Assembly (NCBI GenBank): GCA_947496605.1
Contig: CANMDF010000004.1
Span: 334,689 to 398,688, forward strand
Length of the DNA stretch: 64,000 nucleotides
Direction of reading: 5' to 3'
Source of the DNA: an uncultured Rhodobacteraceae bacterium
Lineage (GTDB): Bacteria; Pseudomonadota; Alphaproteobacteria; Rhodobacterales; Rhodobacteraceae
Of the stretch, positions 20,170 through 30,976 are shown piece by piece (the first letter of the stretch is position 1; the number at the start of each line of letters is the position of its first letter). The notes under the pieces are model-generated. The model ran no database searches. It was not told the origin of the DNA and was given only the letters and a program-made list of their open reading frames with translations. The translations under genes and the position numbers were made by a program.

Positions 20170-21480
20170 ATGAATGTGCAAACAAGCAGTGTAATGGCGC
20201 CACCCGCGCCGCGCAGCATCGAAGGCATGTTGCTGCCTTTGTCCATGATGCGCGACATCTTGATCAAAACAATGTTCCGTATGAACCTCGATCTGGTTTC
20301 AACGATTAGTCGGGCAATTTGCCTGCCCGTGCCTGTCACACAAGAGCTGGTCGATATGGCGCGTGGTCAGCTGTTGCTTGAAGCAACAGGTACACTCAGT
20401 GCGACAAGCGGCAACGAGATGGGCTATCAATTGACCGACGCCGGACGCGCCCGTGCGCTCGATGCATTGGGACAGTCAGAATATTATGGCGCGATGCCAG
20501 TGCCATTGGATATTTACCGCCAGCAAATCCAACGCCAGTCGATCCGCAATATCCAACTGTCACGCGATCAATTGCAAACAGCGATGGGCCACCTGATTTT
20601 GCCAGACGATCTGTTGTCGAACCTTGGCCCAGCTGTCAGCGCCGGCCGTTCGATCCTGATGTATGGCCCGCCAGGTAACGGTAAGTCGTCTATCTCAAAC
20701 GGTATTCGTGATGCTTTGGGCGATAAGATCTATGTGCCTCGGGCCATTGAATATTCTGGTCAGGTGATCACCGTGTATGACCCGATTGTGCATAGTGCAG
20801 CCGAAGACGACGTGGATGACCCGAATAGTCTGCGCCGCACATCTGGCCGCTTTGACACACGTTATGTGCGATGTGAACGCCCGACCGTGATCACCGGTGG
20901 TGAATTGTCGCTATCGATGCTGGACCTTGTTTATAATCCCACCGCGCGGACCTATCAGGCGCCATTGCAGCTGAAATCCACTGGCGGCATCTTTATTGTG
21001 GACGACCTTGGCCGTCAGCAAGAACCGCCGCAGACCCTTGTGAACCGTTGGATTGTTCCTTTGGAAGAGAACAAGGATATCTTGGCGCTGCAATCGGGTG
21101 AGAAGTTCGAAGTGCCGTTCGACACGCTTGTCATCTTCTCAACCAACTTCCACCCGAACGCGATTTTCGACAAAGCGGCCCTGCGTCGTATTTTCTACAA
21201 GATTAAGATTGATGGCCCTGACCAAGAGGATTACCTCAAGATTTTTGCCATGGTTGCCCGCAAGCGCAAAATGCCGCTGGATGAAGATACGCTCGTGCAC
21301 TTGCTGAACGTCCGTTACCCTGAAATCGACAATGTTTACGCGAACTATCAACCGATCTTCTTAATCGATCAGATGATTTCAATCTGTGAGTTTGAAGGCA
21401 TTCCTTACCAGATGTCCCCTGATCTCATTGATCGCGCATGGGCGAATATGTTCGTCAAAGAAGAAGAAATCATCCACTGA
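20170..21480 (+). CDS. Uncharacterised AAA+ ATPase with a putative N-terminal winged helix, tad-associated
   Basis: GPPGNGKS Walker A, IFIVDD Walker B, FSTN sensor I, AALRR Arg finger. Confidence 0.85.
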   Translation: MNVQTSSVMAPPAPRSIEGMLLPLSMMRDILIKTMFRMNLDLVSTISRAICLPVPVTQELVDMARGQLLLEATGTLSATSGNEMGYQLTDAGRARALDALGQSEYYGAMPVPLDIYRQQIQRQSIRNIQLSRDQLQTAMGHLILPDDLLSNLGPAVSAGRSILMYGPPGNGKSSISNGIRDALGDKIYVPRAIEYSGQVITVYDPIVHSAAEDDVDDPNSLRRTSGRFDTRYVRCERPTVITGGELSLSMLDLVYNPTARTYQAPLQLKSTGGIFIVDDLGRQQEPPQTLVNRWIVPLEENKDILALQSGEKFEVPFDTLVIFSTNFHPNAIFDKAALRRIFYKIKIDGPDQEDYLKIFAMVARKRKMPLDEDTLVHLLNVRYPEIDNVYANYQPIFLIDQMISICEFEGIPYQMSPDLIDRAWANMFVKEEEIIH

Positions 21481-21502
21481 TCTTTTTCGACGTTTCCAAT
21501 AG

Positions 21503-21536
21503 AAAGGCTTCCCTCTACCCTGAGGGGAGCCTTTTT
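21503..21536 (+). terminator. Intrinsic terminator ending the tad region
   Basis: AAAGGCTTCCCTC-taccct-GAGGGGAGCCTTTTT. Confidence 0.85.
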
Positions 21537-21551
21537 CGTTGGAGTGGTTGA

Positions 21552-22337
21552 ATGGCAGATTGCATAGGTGTCGCAGGATGCGGCCGGATGGGCATGGGCA
21601 TGTTACGCAACCTACAAGCTGCCGGATTTAATGCGCATGGATTTGACATTCGCACCTTACAAGGGGTCGAAACAGATGTCGCCACCTTTGCTGACAAGCT
21701 GACCACGTTGATCACTGTTGTCCGCGATACGGCTGAAACAGATGCGTTGCTTTTTGATGAGCAAGCCTTGGTGTCAAAGGCTCAGAACCTTCAAAAGGTT
21801 GTCATCAGCTCAACCCTGTCTCCCAAGTATGTCAAAGGTTTACGTAGTCGCATTCCCGTTCATATCGCGCTGATTGATGCGCCCATGTCCGGTGCGCAGA
21901 TCAAAGCAGATGCAGGCACGCTGACCTTTATGACGGGTGGTCCGGCTGAAGAAATCAAACCTTTGCTGCAGGCGATGGGTGATACCATTCATCATATGGG
22001 CGATTTTGGTGCGGGCATGACTGCCAAGGTTTTGAACAACCTACTCGCGGCTTCTAACACGGCAATGACCCGGTTAGTATTGGACTGGGCAGATGCCGAA
22101 GGCCTAGATGAAACCAAGCTGCTGGCGTTGATGAATACCGCATCAGGGCAAAACTGGCTGGCGTCAGGTTTTGACGAGATTGAGTTCGCACGTGATGGCT
22201 ATGACCCTGAAAACACTATCGGTATCTTGGTCAAAGATGTGGCCTCTGCGCTGGATATCGCCCCTGATCAGGAAATCGAGCTGCCGACAGCTGTGCAAAC
22301 CGCCATTCGCAATCTGCAGCCACGGCGCAAACCGTAG
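21552..22337 (+). CDS. NAD(P)-dependent oxidoreductase (3-hydroxyisobutyrate dehydrogenase family)
   Basis: GVAGCGRMG, DAPMSG, KVLNN. Confidence 0.85.
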   Translation: MADCIGVAGCGRMGMGMLRNLQAAGFNAHGFDIRTLQGVETDVATFADKLTTLITVVRDTAETDALLFDEQALVSKAQNLQKVVISSTLSPKYVKGLRSRIPVHIALIDAPMSGAQIKADAGTLTFMTGGPAEEIKPLLQAMGDTIHHMGDFGAGMTAKVLNNLLAASNTAMTRLVLDWADAEGLDETKLLALMNTASGQNWLASGFDEIEFARDGYDPENTIGILVKDVASALDIAPDQEIELPTAVQTAIRNLQPRRKP

Positions 22338-22379
22338 GGTGCTCCTTGACGCATCCAACCCAAAGGTCATCTTAGCCAC

Positions 22380-24785
22380 ATGACTACCCTACCCCCAAAG
22401 TTTGAAACTTGGTTTGCCAGTCGCGGCTGGGCCATTCATCCGCATCAACAGCAAATGCTGGATCAGTCGGGTACGCCTGCGTTGATGCTGATCGCGCCGA
22501 CTGGCGGCGGCAAGACATTGGCCGGATTTCTACCCTCTCTGATCGAACTTGCGGATGGACAGCATGAAGGTTTGCACACCCTCTATGTCTCGCCGCTCAA
22601 AGCACTCGCGGCTGACATCAAGCGCAATCTACGCACGCCTGTAGAAGAGATGGACCTGCCAATCCGCATTGAAGATCGCACTGGTGATACGTCCTACACC
22701 CAAAAGCGCCGACAGCGGGCCGATCCGCCACATATCCTGCTAACAACACCCGAATCTCTTGCACTGCTGACCAGTTACGAAGACGCGCCACGGATTTTCA
22801 AAGGGCTCCAGCGTATCATCGTTGACGAAATTCATGCATTGGCCGAAAGCAAACGTGGCGATCAGCTGATGCTGGCGCTCAGTCGTATCCAATCACTCGC
22901 CCCTAACCTGCGGCGGGTCGGACTGTCCGCGACTGTGGAAGACCCTGATGCCATCGCAGCGCAACTTGCGCGCCACCCTGACCCTTGCACCATCATCAAC
23001 GCTGATCCAGGCCCTGATCCGGATATCTCCATGTTGATCACTCAAGAAAAGCCCCCCTGGTCAGGAGGCGGCGCAAAATATGCGATCCCCGCGGTGCTGG
23101 AGGAAGTCAAGAAACACAAGACGACGCTGATTTTCCACAACACCCGCGCACAGGCCGAGATTTTCTTTCACAACCTATGGCTGGCAAACACAGACGACCT
23201 ACCAATTGGCATCCACCACGGCAGCCTTGCGCGCGAACAACGCGAAAAGGTCGAAGCTGCAATGGTTGCGGGTGACCTCCGCGCCATCGTTTGCACAGGC
23301 TCGCTCGATCTTGGCATCGATTGGGGCGATGTTGATCTGGTCATACAGGTTGGTGCACCTAAAAACGTCAAACGGCTTGTGCAGCGGATCGGGCGTGCAA
23401 ACCACCACTACAATGCACCTTCAAAGGCACTGCTGGTGCCGGCAAACCGATTTGAAGTGGTTGAATGCGTGGCTGCATTAGAAGCAGTTAAAGATCATGA
23501 TCTGGACGGTGACCCCAAAGGGGATGGACCACGCGATGTGCTATGCCAACATATCCTGATCACTGCCTGCGCGGGTCCATTTGATGCAACAGTGCTCTAC
23601 CATGAGATCAAGTCCGTCGGTGCCTACAGCCGACTGTCACGTGCCGCTTTCGATGACTGTCTCGATTTTTGTGCAACCGGTGGCTATGCCTTGCGCGCCT
23701 ATGACAAATGGAAACGTCTGTTGCAAGCAGCCGACGGCATGTGGCAATTGCGCGACCCACGTGCCGCCCAACGCATCCGCATGAACATTGGAACCATTCA
23801 AGATACGGATACGCTCAAAGTGCGCCTGAAAGGGAACTTCAAACCCTTGGGTGAGGTCGAAGAGGCCTTCGCAGCCACATTGACACCGGGCGATACTTTT
23901 CTCATTGGCGGCCAAGTCGTGCGCTATGAAAATCTGAAAGAAATGACCGTTCAGGTCTCGCGTCGGGCGGATAAGACCCCAAAGATTGCGACCTTTATGG
24001 GGACCAAATTCGCTAACTCTACCCAGCTATCGCAGCGTATTTTGCGGATGTTCCATGAACCTGACTGGCCAGAACTTCCCAGCCACACAGCTGAGTGGTT
24101 GGAACTACAACGCAAGTTCTCAAAGCTACCGGAAGCAGACCGTATTCTTGTTGAGAGCTTTCCGCACGCCGGGCGACACCACATTTGCCTCTACGGGTTT
24201 GCCGGTCGCAACGCGATGCAGACTTTGGGGATGTTGCTGACGCAGCGCATGGAAGACCTCAACCTGCATCCAATGGGTTTCGTGGCGACAGACTATGCCA
24301 CACTTGTTTGGGGTCTCGATCCCGTCACCGATCCCGCGCCTTTGCTTAGACCAGATAATATCCGTGCCGATTTTGAGACTTGGTTGTCAGGCAACGCAGT
24401 GATGAAAAAGACCTTTCGCGGGGCCGCGACAATTGCAGGTCTGATCGAACGAAATCTACCCCAAGCCCGCAAAAGCGGTCGGCAGGCGACGTTTTCCTCG
24501 GATATTCTCTACGATACGCTTGCCAAGTATGATCCTGATCACCTGATGATGCGGATTACCCGAGAAGAAGCAATGCGCGGCCTGGTTGATTTCGGTCGCA
24601 TCGAGGAAATGCTTGGTCGCACAGCAGGCCAGATCGACCATATCCGTCTGGACCGGGTGACACCGCTGTCCTTACCGATGTTTCTTGAACAAGGTCGGAT
24701 CGCGGTGGCTGGCGCTGGCCAAGACCGCATGCTCGAAGAAGAAGCAGCGCGTTTGATGCAGGCAGCAGGCGTCACCACACTTTGA
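22380..24785 (+). CDS. Lhr-core / ligase-associated DNA damage response DExH helicase
   Basis: APTGGGKT, YVSPLKALAADI, DEIH, SAT, GSLDLGIDW, QRIGRANH. Confidence 0.92.
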   Translation: MTTLPPKFETWFASRGWAIHPHQQQMLDQSGTPALMLIAPTGGGKTLAGFLPSLIELADGQHEGLHTLYVSPLKALAADIKRNLRTPVEEMDLPIRIEDRTGDTSYTQKRRQRADPPHILLTTPESLALLTSYEDAPRIFKGLQRIIVDEIHALAESKRGDQLMLALSRIQSLAPNLRRVGLSATVEDPDAIAAQLARHPDPCTIINADPGPDPDISMLITQEKPPWSGGGAKYAIPAVLEEVKKHKTTLIFHNTRAQAEIFFHNLWLANTDDLPIGIHHGSLAREQREKVEAAMVAGDLRAIVCTGSLDLGIDWGDVDLVIQVGAPKNVKRLVQRIGRANHHYNAPSKALLVPANRFEVVECVAALEAVKDHDLDGDPKGDGPRDVLCQHILITACAGPFDATVLYHEIKSVGAYSRLSRAAFDDCLDFCATGGYALRAYDKWKRLLQAADGMWQLRDPRAAQRIRMNIGTIQDTDTLKVRLKGNFKPLGEVEEAFAATLTPGDTFLIGGQVVRYENLKEMTVQVSRRADKTPKIATFMGTKFANSTQLSQRILRMFHEPDWPELPSHTAEWLELQRKFSKLPEADRILVESFPHAGRHHICLYGFAGRNAMQTLGMLLTQRMEDLNLHPMGFVATDYATLVWGLDPVTDPAPLLRPDNIRADFETWLSGNAVMKKTFRGAATIAGLIERNLPQARKSGRQATFSSDILYDTLAKYDPDHLMMRITREEAMRGLVDFGRIEEMLGRTAGQIDHIRLDRVTPLSLPMFLEQGRIAVAGAGQDRMLEEEAARLMQAAGVTTL

Positions 24786-24823
24786 GCCTTGAAATGAAAG
24801 CCTTCTTATCGCAAGAACAGAGC

Positions 24824-25468
24824 ATGAACACCTATCATTTTCTTTTCTGTGACACACAATGCGCCGCCCTTCCATCGGGTGCGCTCTATCTGCCGGACCA
24901 TGCAGTTCTTTGTGTGTCAGACCTGCATCTGGGCAAGTCCGATCGGATTGCACGACGTAACGGGGTGATGCTGCCCCCCTATGAGGTCCAGGCAACACTG
25001 CAGAAATTGGAAGCAGATATCGACATAACCAGCCCAGAACAGATCATCTGTCTCGGAGACAGCTTCGATGATCTTGATGCGGCAAACAGCTTGAACGAAG
25101 AGATGCGTATTTGGTTGGCCCGGCTGCAGGCCGGCAAGACGTGGATATGGGTTGAAGGTAACCATGATCCTGGACCGATCAATATGGGGGGAACGCATAA
25201 AGCTGAAGTTGAGATCGGCACGCTGACTTTTCGCCACATCGCCGCCGCTGACACAGCCGAAGTGTCAGGCCACTACCATCCCAAACACCGCGTGACCGGG
25301 CGTAGCCGTCCCGCGTTCTTATGTGATGGTAAGCGGCTCATCATGCCTGCCTATGGCGCATATACGGGCGGGCTTGCCAGCCATGCAAATGACCTGCGCA
25401 AACTCTTTGGCAGCCCGCTCTTTGCGATCATGACAGGGACCAAAGCAATCGCTGCACCGGTTGCTTAG
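24824..25468 (+). CDS. pdeM: Metallophosphoesterase/endonuclease PdeM (MPE)
   Basis: SDLHLGK, LGDSFD, EGNHD, GHYHP, MPAYG. Confidence 0.88.
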   Translation: MNTYHFLFCDTQCAALPSGALYLPDHAVLCVSDLHLGKSDRIARRNGVMLPPYEVQATLQKLEADIDITSPEQIICLGDSFDDLDAANSLNEEMRIWLARLQAGKTWIWVEGNHDPGPINMGGTHKAEVEIGTLTFRHIAAADTAEVSGHYHPKHRVTGRSRPAFLCDGKRLIMPAYGAYTGGLASHANDLRKLFGSPLFAIMTGTKAIAAPVA

Positions 25469-26364
25469 GCCGTTAGCCCTTCTGGCTCAGCCAAGCCGTT
25501 GGCGCGGCAACATGCGGTGAGCGTATTGGCCAACAAACACGCAATGGTCATTGGCCCCACGCCGCCCGGCACAGGTGTGATTGCGCCTGCAACAGCTGCA
25601 CAGCTGTCATAATCCGCATCACCGACAAGCCGCGTACCACCTTCCGGCTTTTCAATCCGATTGATCCCTACATCGATGACCGTGGCACCCGGTTTGATCC
25701 AATCGCCAGTCACCATCTGGGGGCGACCCACAGCAGCAACAACGATATCCGCTTGGCGTACGACATCCGGCAGATCTTTGGTGCGACTATGCGCGATTGT
25801 CACTGTACAGCTATCACCCAATAGCAGCTGTGCCATCGGTTTACCCACGATATTTGAACGCCCGATCACAACAGCACTCATGCCAGACAATGATCCATGA
25901 TGATCACGCAGCATCATCAAACTGCCCAAGGGTGTGCAAGGAACCATGCTTTTCTGGCCTGTTCCCAACAGACCAACATTTGAGATATGAAACCCGTCCA
26001 CGTCCTTAGCTGGATCAATGCTATTGATCACTAAGTCACTATCCAAATGATCAGGCAAAGGCAGCTGAACCAAGATGCCATGGATCGCTGGGTCATTGTT
26101 CAGCTGATCAATCAGCGCCAAGAGATCAGCTTCGGATGTCGCAACATCCAATTTATGCTCGATCGAGTTCATGCCAACTTCAACGGTCATCTTACCTTTG
26201 GAACGGACATAGACCTGACTTGCAGGATCTTCACCAACCAGAACAACTGCCAGCCCCGGCGTAATTCCCTGCTCTTCCTTGAGCTTGGCCACACCTTGGG
26301 CCACTTGGCCACGTACCTTTGCCGCAAAGGCTTTTCCGTCGATCACTGTCGCTGTCATTGTCAT
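25465..26364 (-). CDS. folD: Methylene-THF dehydrogenase/cyclohydrolase
   Basis: [39 protein letters not shown]. Confidence 0.97.
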   Translation of the reverse strand: MTMTATVIDGKAFAAKVRGQVAQGVAKLKEEQGITPGLAVVLVGEDPASQVYVRSKGKMTVEVGMNSIEHKLDVATSEADLLALIDQLNNDPAIHGILVQLPLPDHLDSDLVINSIDPAKDVDGFHISNVGLLGTGQKSMVPCTPLGSLMMLRDHHGSLSGMSAVVIGRSNIVGKPMAQLLLGDSCTVTIAHSRTKDLPDVVRQADIVVAAVGRPQMVTGDWIKPGATVIDVGINRIEKPEGGTRLVGDADYDSCAAVAGAITPVPGGVGPMTIACLLANTLTACCRANGLAEPEGLTA

Positions 26365-26397
26365 CTTCTCATGTTCAAAAATACCTCCGCCGGAGGC
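26363..26397. repeat. REP-like dispersed repeat, copy 1
   Basis: ATCTTCTCATGTTCAAAAATACCTCCGCCGGAGGC; 32/35 identical to the reverse complement of 54261-54295; contains a CCTCC-gcc-GGAGG hairpin. Confidence 0.85.
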
Positions 26398-26405
26398 AAA
26401 TGGGA

Positions 26406-26448
26406 GGGCGGGTGGGGCGTCGGCGTAGCCGCGCGCAGCCCCCCGCCC
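26406..26448. repeat. Second GC-rich palindromic module between folD and fhs
   Basis: GGGCGG-gt-GGGGC...GCCCC-CCGCCC stem-loop directly beside repeat copy 1. Confidence 0.55.
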
Positions 26449-26455
26449 GGATCAG

Positions 26456-28132
26456 TTAGAACAAGCCTTCGATTTCGCCTGCATCATTCAGCATGATCTG
26501 CTCAGCAGATGGCACGCGTGGCAGACCCGGCATCGTCATGATCTCACCGCAAATCGCAACAATAAAACCAGCGCCGGCACTCAAGCGCACTTCGCGCACG
26601 GGCACCGAGTGGCCAGTCGGTGCGCCACGCAAAGCTGGATCAGTTGAGAAACTGTACTGCGTTTTGGCCATACACACTGGCAGATGGCCATAACCTTGTT
26701 CTTCCCATGTCTTCAACTGATCGCGGATTTTCTTATCCGCAATCACCTCATCGGCGCGGTAGATGCGCTTGGCAATGGTATCAATCTTATCAAACAAGCT
26801 CATGTCATCGGGGTAGATCGGGGCGAAATTGGCCTCACCTGCGTCCGCGATCTGCGCCACACGGGTGGCCAGTTCTTTGGTACCCTCTGACCCATGCGCC
26901 CAGTGCTTACACAAAATCGCCTCAGATCCTTGCGTTTCAACATAGGCCTGCACGGCAGCGACTTCGGCATCCGTATCGGTAACAAAGTGGTTGATGGCTA
27001 CGACCACAGGAACGCCAAAGCTCTTCACGTTTTCAATGTGGCGTCCAAGGTTCGGACAGCCCGCATTTACCGCATCGACATTTTCGGTTCCCAAATCAGC
27101 TTTTGCGACGCCGCCATTCATCTTCATCGCACGCACAGTGGCAACAACCACAACACAAGAAGGCGCAATGCCAGCCTTGCGACATTTGATGTTCAGAAAC
27201 TTCTCAGCGCCCAAATCGGCACCGAAACCAGCTTCTGTCACAACATAGTCCGCCAATTTCAAAGCAGTTGTCGTTGCCGTGACCGAGTTACACCCGTGCG
27301 CAATATTCGCAAATGGACCGCCGTGGACGAACGCGGGGTTGTTCTCGAGCGTCTGTACAAGGTTTGGCTGCATTGCGTCTTTTAGCAGCACGGTCATCGC
27401 GCCATCTGCTTTGATGTCGCGGCAGTACACTGGGCTACGATCGCGACGGTAGGCCACGATGATATCGCCCAGACGTGTTTGCAGATCGTCCAAATTACGG
27501 GCCAAGCACAAGATCGCCATGACCTCGGACGCTACAGTGATGTCGAACCCTGCTTCACGTGGGAAACCGTTCGCAACACCACCCAAAGAAGCCGTGATCT
27601 GGCGCAGCGCACGGTCGTTCATATCCAAGACACGGCGCCAAGCAACGCGGCGGATATCGATCTCGAGCGCGTTGCCCCAGTAAATATGGTTGTCGATCAT
27701 CGCGGACAGCAGGTTGTGCGCCGAAGTGATTGCGTGAAAGTCACCTGTAAAGTGCAGGTTCATGTCTTCCATCGGCACAACTTGGGCGTAACCACCACCT
27801 GCGGCACCGCCCTTCATACCAAAGCAAGGGCCAAGCGACGCTTCACGAATACAGATCGCCGCCTTCTTACCAATGGCATTCAGGCCATCACCCAAACCAA
27901 CGGTCGTGGTCGTTTTCCCTTCGCCCGCCGGCGTTGGGTTAATCGCAGTCACCAGGATCAGCTTGCCATCTTCGCGGTCCTGTACGCTATCAATCAGCCG
28001 TTGGCTGACTTTTGCTTTGTCGTGGCCATAGGGCAGCAAGTCATCACTATCGATGCCCAGTTTCGCACCGATTTCCTGAATTGGACGCTTTTGTGCCGCG
28101 CGTGCGATCTCGATATCAGATTTATATTCCAT
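26456..28132 (-). CDS. fhs: Formate--tetrahydrofolate ligase
   Basis: [39 protein letters not shown]. Start at [10 protein letters not shown]. Confidence 0.97.
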   Translation of the reverse strand: MEYKSDIEIARAAQKRPIQEIGAKLGIDSDDLLPYGHDKAKVSQRLIDSVQDREDGKLILVTAINPTPAGEGKTTTTVGLGDGLNAIGKKAAICIREASLGPCFGMKGGAAGGGYAQVVPMEDMNLHFTGDFHAITSAHNLLSAMIDNHIYWGNALEIDIRRVAWRRVLDMNDRALRQITASLGGVANGFPREAGFDITVASEVMAILCLARNLDDLQTRLGDIIVAYRRDRSPVYCRDIKADGAMTVLLKDAMQPNLVQTLENNPAFVHGGPFANIAHGCNSVTATTTALKLADYVVTEAGFGADLGAEKFLNIKCRKAGIAPSCVVVVATVRAMKMNGGVAKADLGTENVDAVNAGCPNLGRHIENVKSFGVPVVVAINHFVTDTDAEVAAVQAYVETQGSEAILCKHWAHGSEGTKELATRVAQIADAGEANFAPIYPDDMSLFDKIDTIAKRIYRADEVIADKKIRDQLKTWEEQGYGHLPVCMAKTQYSFSTDPALRGAPTGHSVPVREVRLSAGAGFIVAICGEIMTMPGLPRVPSAEQIMLNDAGEIEGLF

Positions 28133-28273
28133 GAAAACTTCCCTGAGCGTTGGCAGATGCCATTCTTGTTCCACTTCGCTTCTAGCGGGTGGATACCGCC
28201 GTATGCACCGTGATTGCGACATTTTCACCGCCGGAATCGTCGGGGCGGCATCCCTTTGTGTCGGATGGGAAAC

Positions 28274-28852
28274 CTAAGGGGCCCATGCGCGTTGGTCAGG
28301 GATATGCAGGCGCACTGTGTCGCCAACATGAATGTGCCCTTCCCGCTCGACCCAAGCAGTCACACCGCGTTTGCCCTTGGCAGCCGCCTTGAATTTGTCA
28401 CCAGCACCCGGATGGTCTGCGTTGATCGGCTTGGCCGGCAGATGACAGGGCCGATTTTCCATATCCACAACGATTGCTGACCCATCAGGAAACTGCAGGC
28501 GCGAAGACGGCGGCAAATGAGTGAAATCAGGGATTCCACTGATGACAAGCGACGCACCAATGTGGCGTGGGTCAAAGGCATCCAACCCGCAATCAGCAGC
28601 AACCTCTGCCAGCTCTTCCGCGGACATGACCGATAACTGACGCACGTTTCGGATTTCGGTGTCCTTTGGATACTGACTGCGCACCCGCACACAGGCAGGG
28701 CGTGTTAGGCCGCCGTGCGCCTCGCCGGGAATGCCCGCATATGTCAGCTGCGCGTCCTCACACGGCACTGATGTCAGCGATACATCGCGGTCCGGCACAT
28801 GGCCGATCCATACGATTTTTCCAGTGATCTCTGTGGGGGCTAGTGCGGGCAT
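28274..28852 (-). CDS. MOSC domain protein
   Basis: GIPGEAHGG, RNVRQLS, ENRPC, RGVTAWVEREG. Confidence 0.85.
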   Translation of the reverse strand: MPALAPTEITGKIVWIGHVPDRDVSLTSVPCEDAQLTYAGIPGEAHGGLTRPACVRVRSQYPKDTEIRNVRQLSVMSAEELAEVAADCGLDAFDPRHIGASLVISGIPDFTHLPPSSRLQFPDGSAIVVDMENRPCHLPAKPINADHPGAGDKFKAAAKGKRGVTAWVEREGHIHVGDTVRLHIPDQRAWAP

Positions 28853-28944
28853 TGGGCTCTCCTGATCGGCTCTTACCCATGCTTAAGTCAGCCGTAGAAA
28901 AGCTTCAACAAACACCTTTTCTTTTCATAGAGGGCTCAAACGAA

Positions 28945-28972
28945 AAACGCCGCTCTTTGCAGAGCGGCGTTT
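28945..28972 (-). terminator. ftsH terminator
   Basis: 12-bp perfect stem AAACGCCGCTCT/AGAGCGGCGTTT with a GCAA loop on the minus strand and a T-tract. Confidence 0.88.
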
Positions 28973-28977
28973 GACTT

Positions 28978-30897
28978 TTAGGCCGATGGTTCCGGTTCCA
29001 TCCCACCATCATCAGATGCGCGGGGTTTCTTTGGCTTTGTCTTCGGGATCGCTGTCACCGAAGGCGTACCGCCTGATGGTGGTGTGTCATCTGCATCGTC
29101 GCCAGCATGGGGTGGGTCACCAGCCATCACACGTTTGATTTCATCACCAGTCAGCGTTTCGTATTCAAGCAAGCCTTGGGCCAAACGCTCAAACTCAACG
29201 TTTTTCTCTGTGATGATCTGATGCGCACGGTCATATCCCGCTTGGATAAACCCGCGTACTTCTTCCTCGATCATTTCCTTGGTGCTTGCAGAAACCGACA
29301 GACCAGCCGTGTTACCGGAATAACCTTCATGCGCCTCTGAATAGTCGATGTTACCTACTTTATCAGACATGCCCCAACGCAAGATCATCGCACGCGCCAA
29401 TTGGCTGGCTTGCTGAATATCACCGGCAGGGCCATTACTGACCTGATCTTCGCCGTATTTGATGACCTCTGCCGCCTTGCCCGCCATCGTCATCGCCAAA
29501 CGCTGATGGCATTCGTCCTTGAACATGTTCAGACGGTCCATTTCAGGCAGGCTCATCACCATACCCAAGGCACCACCGCGTGGAATAATTGTCGCCTTAT
29601 AGACTGGATCACATTTAGGCAGCGATATGCCCACAATCGCATGACCTGCTTCGTGATAAGCCGTCATTTCTTTCTGCTCTGTCGTCATGACCATGGACCG
29701 CCGTTCGGCGCCCATCATCACTTTGTCTTTCGCAGATTCGAAATCGATCATGGTGACAAAGCGGCGTCCAACACGGGCCGCCATCAATGCAGCTTCGTTT
29801 ACAAGGTTTGCCAAATCAGCACCCGAGAAGCCCGGAGAACCGCGTGCGATAATCCGCAGGTCAACATCTGGGCCAAGCGGAATTTTGCGCGCATGCACGC
29901 CCAAGATCTTTTCGCGGCCCTTAATGTCTGGGTTCGGCACAGTGACCTGACGATCAAAGCGACCCGGACGCAACAGCGCAGGGTCAAGTACGTCACGACG
30001 GTTGGTCGCAGCGACGATGATCACGCCTTCATTTGCTTCAAAGCCGTCCATTTCAACCAGTAACTGGTTCAATGTCTGTTCGCGCTCGTCATTGCCGCCA
30101 CCGATGCCAACGCCACGTGCGCGGCCGACAGCGTCGATCTCGTCGATGAACACGATACAAGGCGCATTCTTCTTGGCTTGCTCGAACATATCGCGGACGC
30201 GAGACGCACCCACACCGACGAACATTTCGACAAAGTCTGAACCTGAAATTGTGAAGAACGGCACGCCTGCTTCGCCCGCAATCGCACGCGCAAGCAGCGT
30301 TTTACCGGTACCCGGAGGGCCCACCAGCAGCGCACCTTTGGGAATCTTACCACCGAGTCGCGAGAATTTTTGCGGGTTACGCAGGAATTCAACGATCTCT
30401 TCCAGCTCTTCTTTGGCTTCATCGATACCGGCCACATCATCAAATGTGACGCGTCCATGCTTTTCGGTCAGAAGTTTGGCCCGAGACTTGCCAAAGCCCA
30501 TCGCGCCACCCTTACCGCCGCCTTGCATGCGGTTCATAAAATAGACCCAAACACCGATCAAAAGCAGGAACGGCAGAATGCTGAGCAAGAAGGATTGGAA
30601 GGCCGAAGTTTCTTGGCTACGCGCCTCAACGGGGACATCAGAATCGATCAAAAGCTGTGTGATTTCAGCGTCTTGCGGCATGATGGTTGAGAATGTTCGC
30701 CCACCTTCGGCAAAGCGCACATTTTCGCCGTCAATCACCACATCGGTGACGCGGCCACCTTCTACGGCTTCGACAAACTCAGAGTAGCTGCGCGCCTCAC
30801 TGTTTGTCGTGCCCGCCGGGCTGCTGAAAAGATTAAAGAGCGCCAAAACCATCAGGAAAAGGACGACCCAAAAGACCATATTACGCGCGTTGCCCAA
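28978..30897 (-). CDS. ftsH: ATP-dependent Zn metalloprotease FtsH
   Basis: Two TMs, [31 protein letters not shown] start. Confidence 0.98.
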   Translation of the reverse strand: MGNARNMVFWVVLFLMVLALFNLFSSPAGTTNSEARSYSEFVEAVEGGRVTDVVIDGENVRFAEGGRTFSTIMPQDAEITQLLIDSDVPVEARSQETSAFQSFLLSILPFLLLIGVWVYFMNRMQGGGKGGAMGFGKSRAKLLTEKHGRVTFDDVAGIDEAKEELEEIVEFLRNPQKFSRLGGKIPKGALLVGPPGTGKTLLARAIAGEAGVPFFTISGSDFVEMFVGVGASRVRDMFEQAKKNAPCIVFIDEIDAVGRARGVGIGGGNDEREQTLNQLLVEMDGFEANEGVIIVAATNRRDVLDPALLRPGRFDRQVTVPNPDIKGREKILGVHARKIPLGPDVDLRIIARGSPGFSGADLANLVNEAALMAARVGRRFVTMIDFESAKDKVMMGAERRSMVMTTEQKEMTAYHEAGHAIVGISLPKCDPVYKATIIPRGGALGMVMSLPEMDRLNMFKDECHQRLAMTMAGKAAEVIKYGEDQVSNGPAGDIQQASQLARAMILRWGMSDKVGNIDYSEAHEGYSGNTAGLSVSASTKEMIEEEVRGFIQAGYDRAHQIITEKNVEFERLAQGLLEYETLTGDEIKRVMAGDPPHAGDDADDTPPSGGTPSVTAIPKTKPKKPRASDDGGMEPEPSA

Positions 30898-30976
30898 GGG
30901 GGGAACTCCTTTGAAATGGGGAAGTGGAACGACAGAGTCGCATCACAAGCGTTTCCTCTAAAATAGAGGCGAAAGA

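Noticed and set aside
28133-28273. ZMP/ZTP (pfl) riboswitch before fhs
   Set aside because: A GCGG/CCGC stem inside a TCGC/GCGA stem resembles the topology, but the conserved GACUGGCG and CGCCUGGG pseudoknot sequences are absent.
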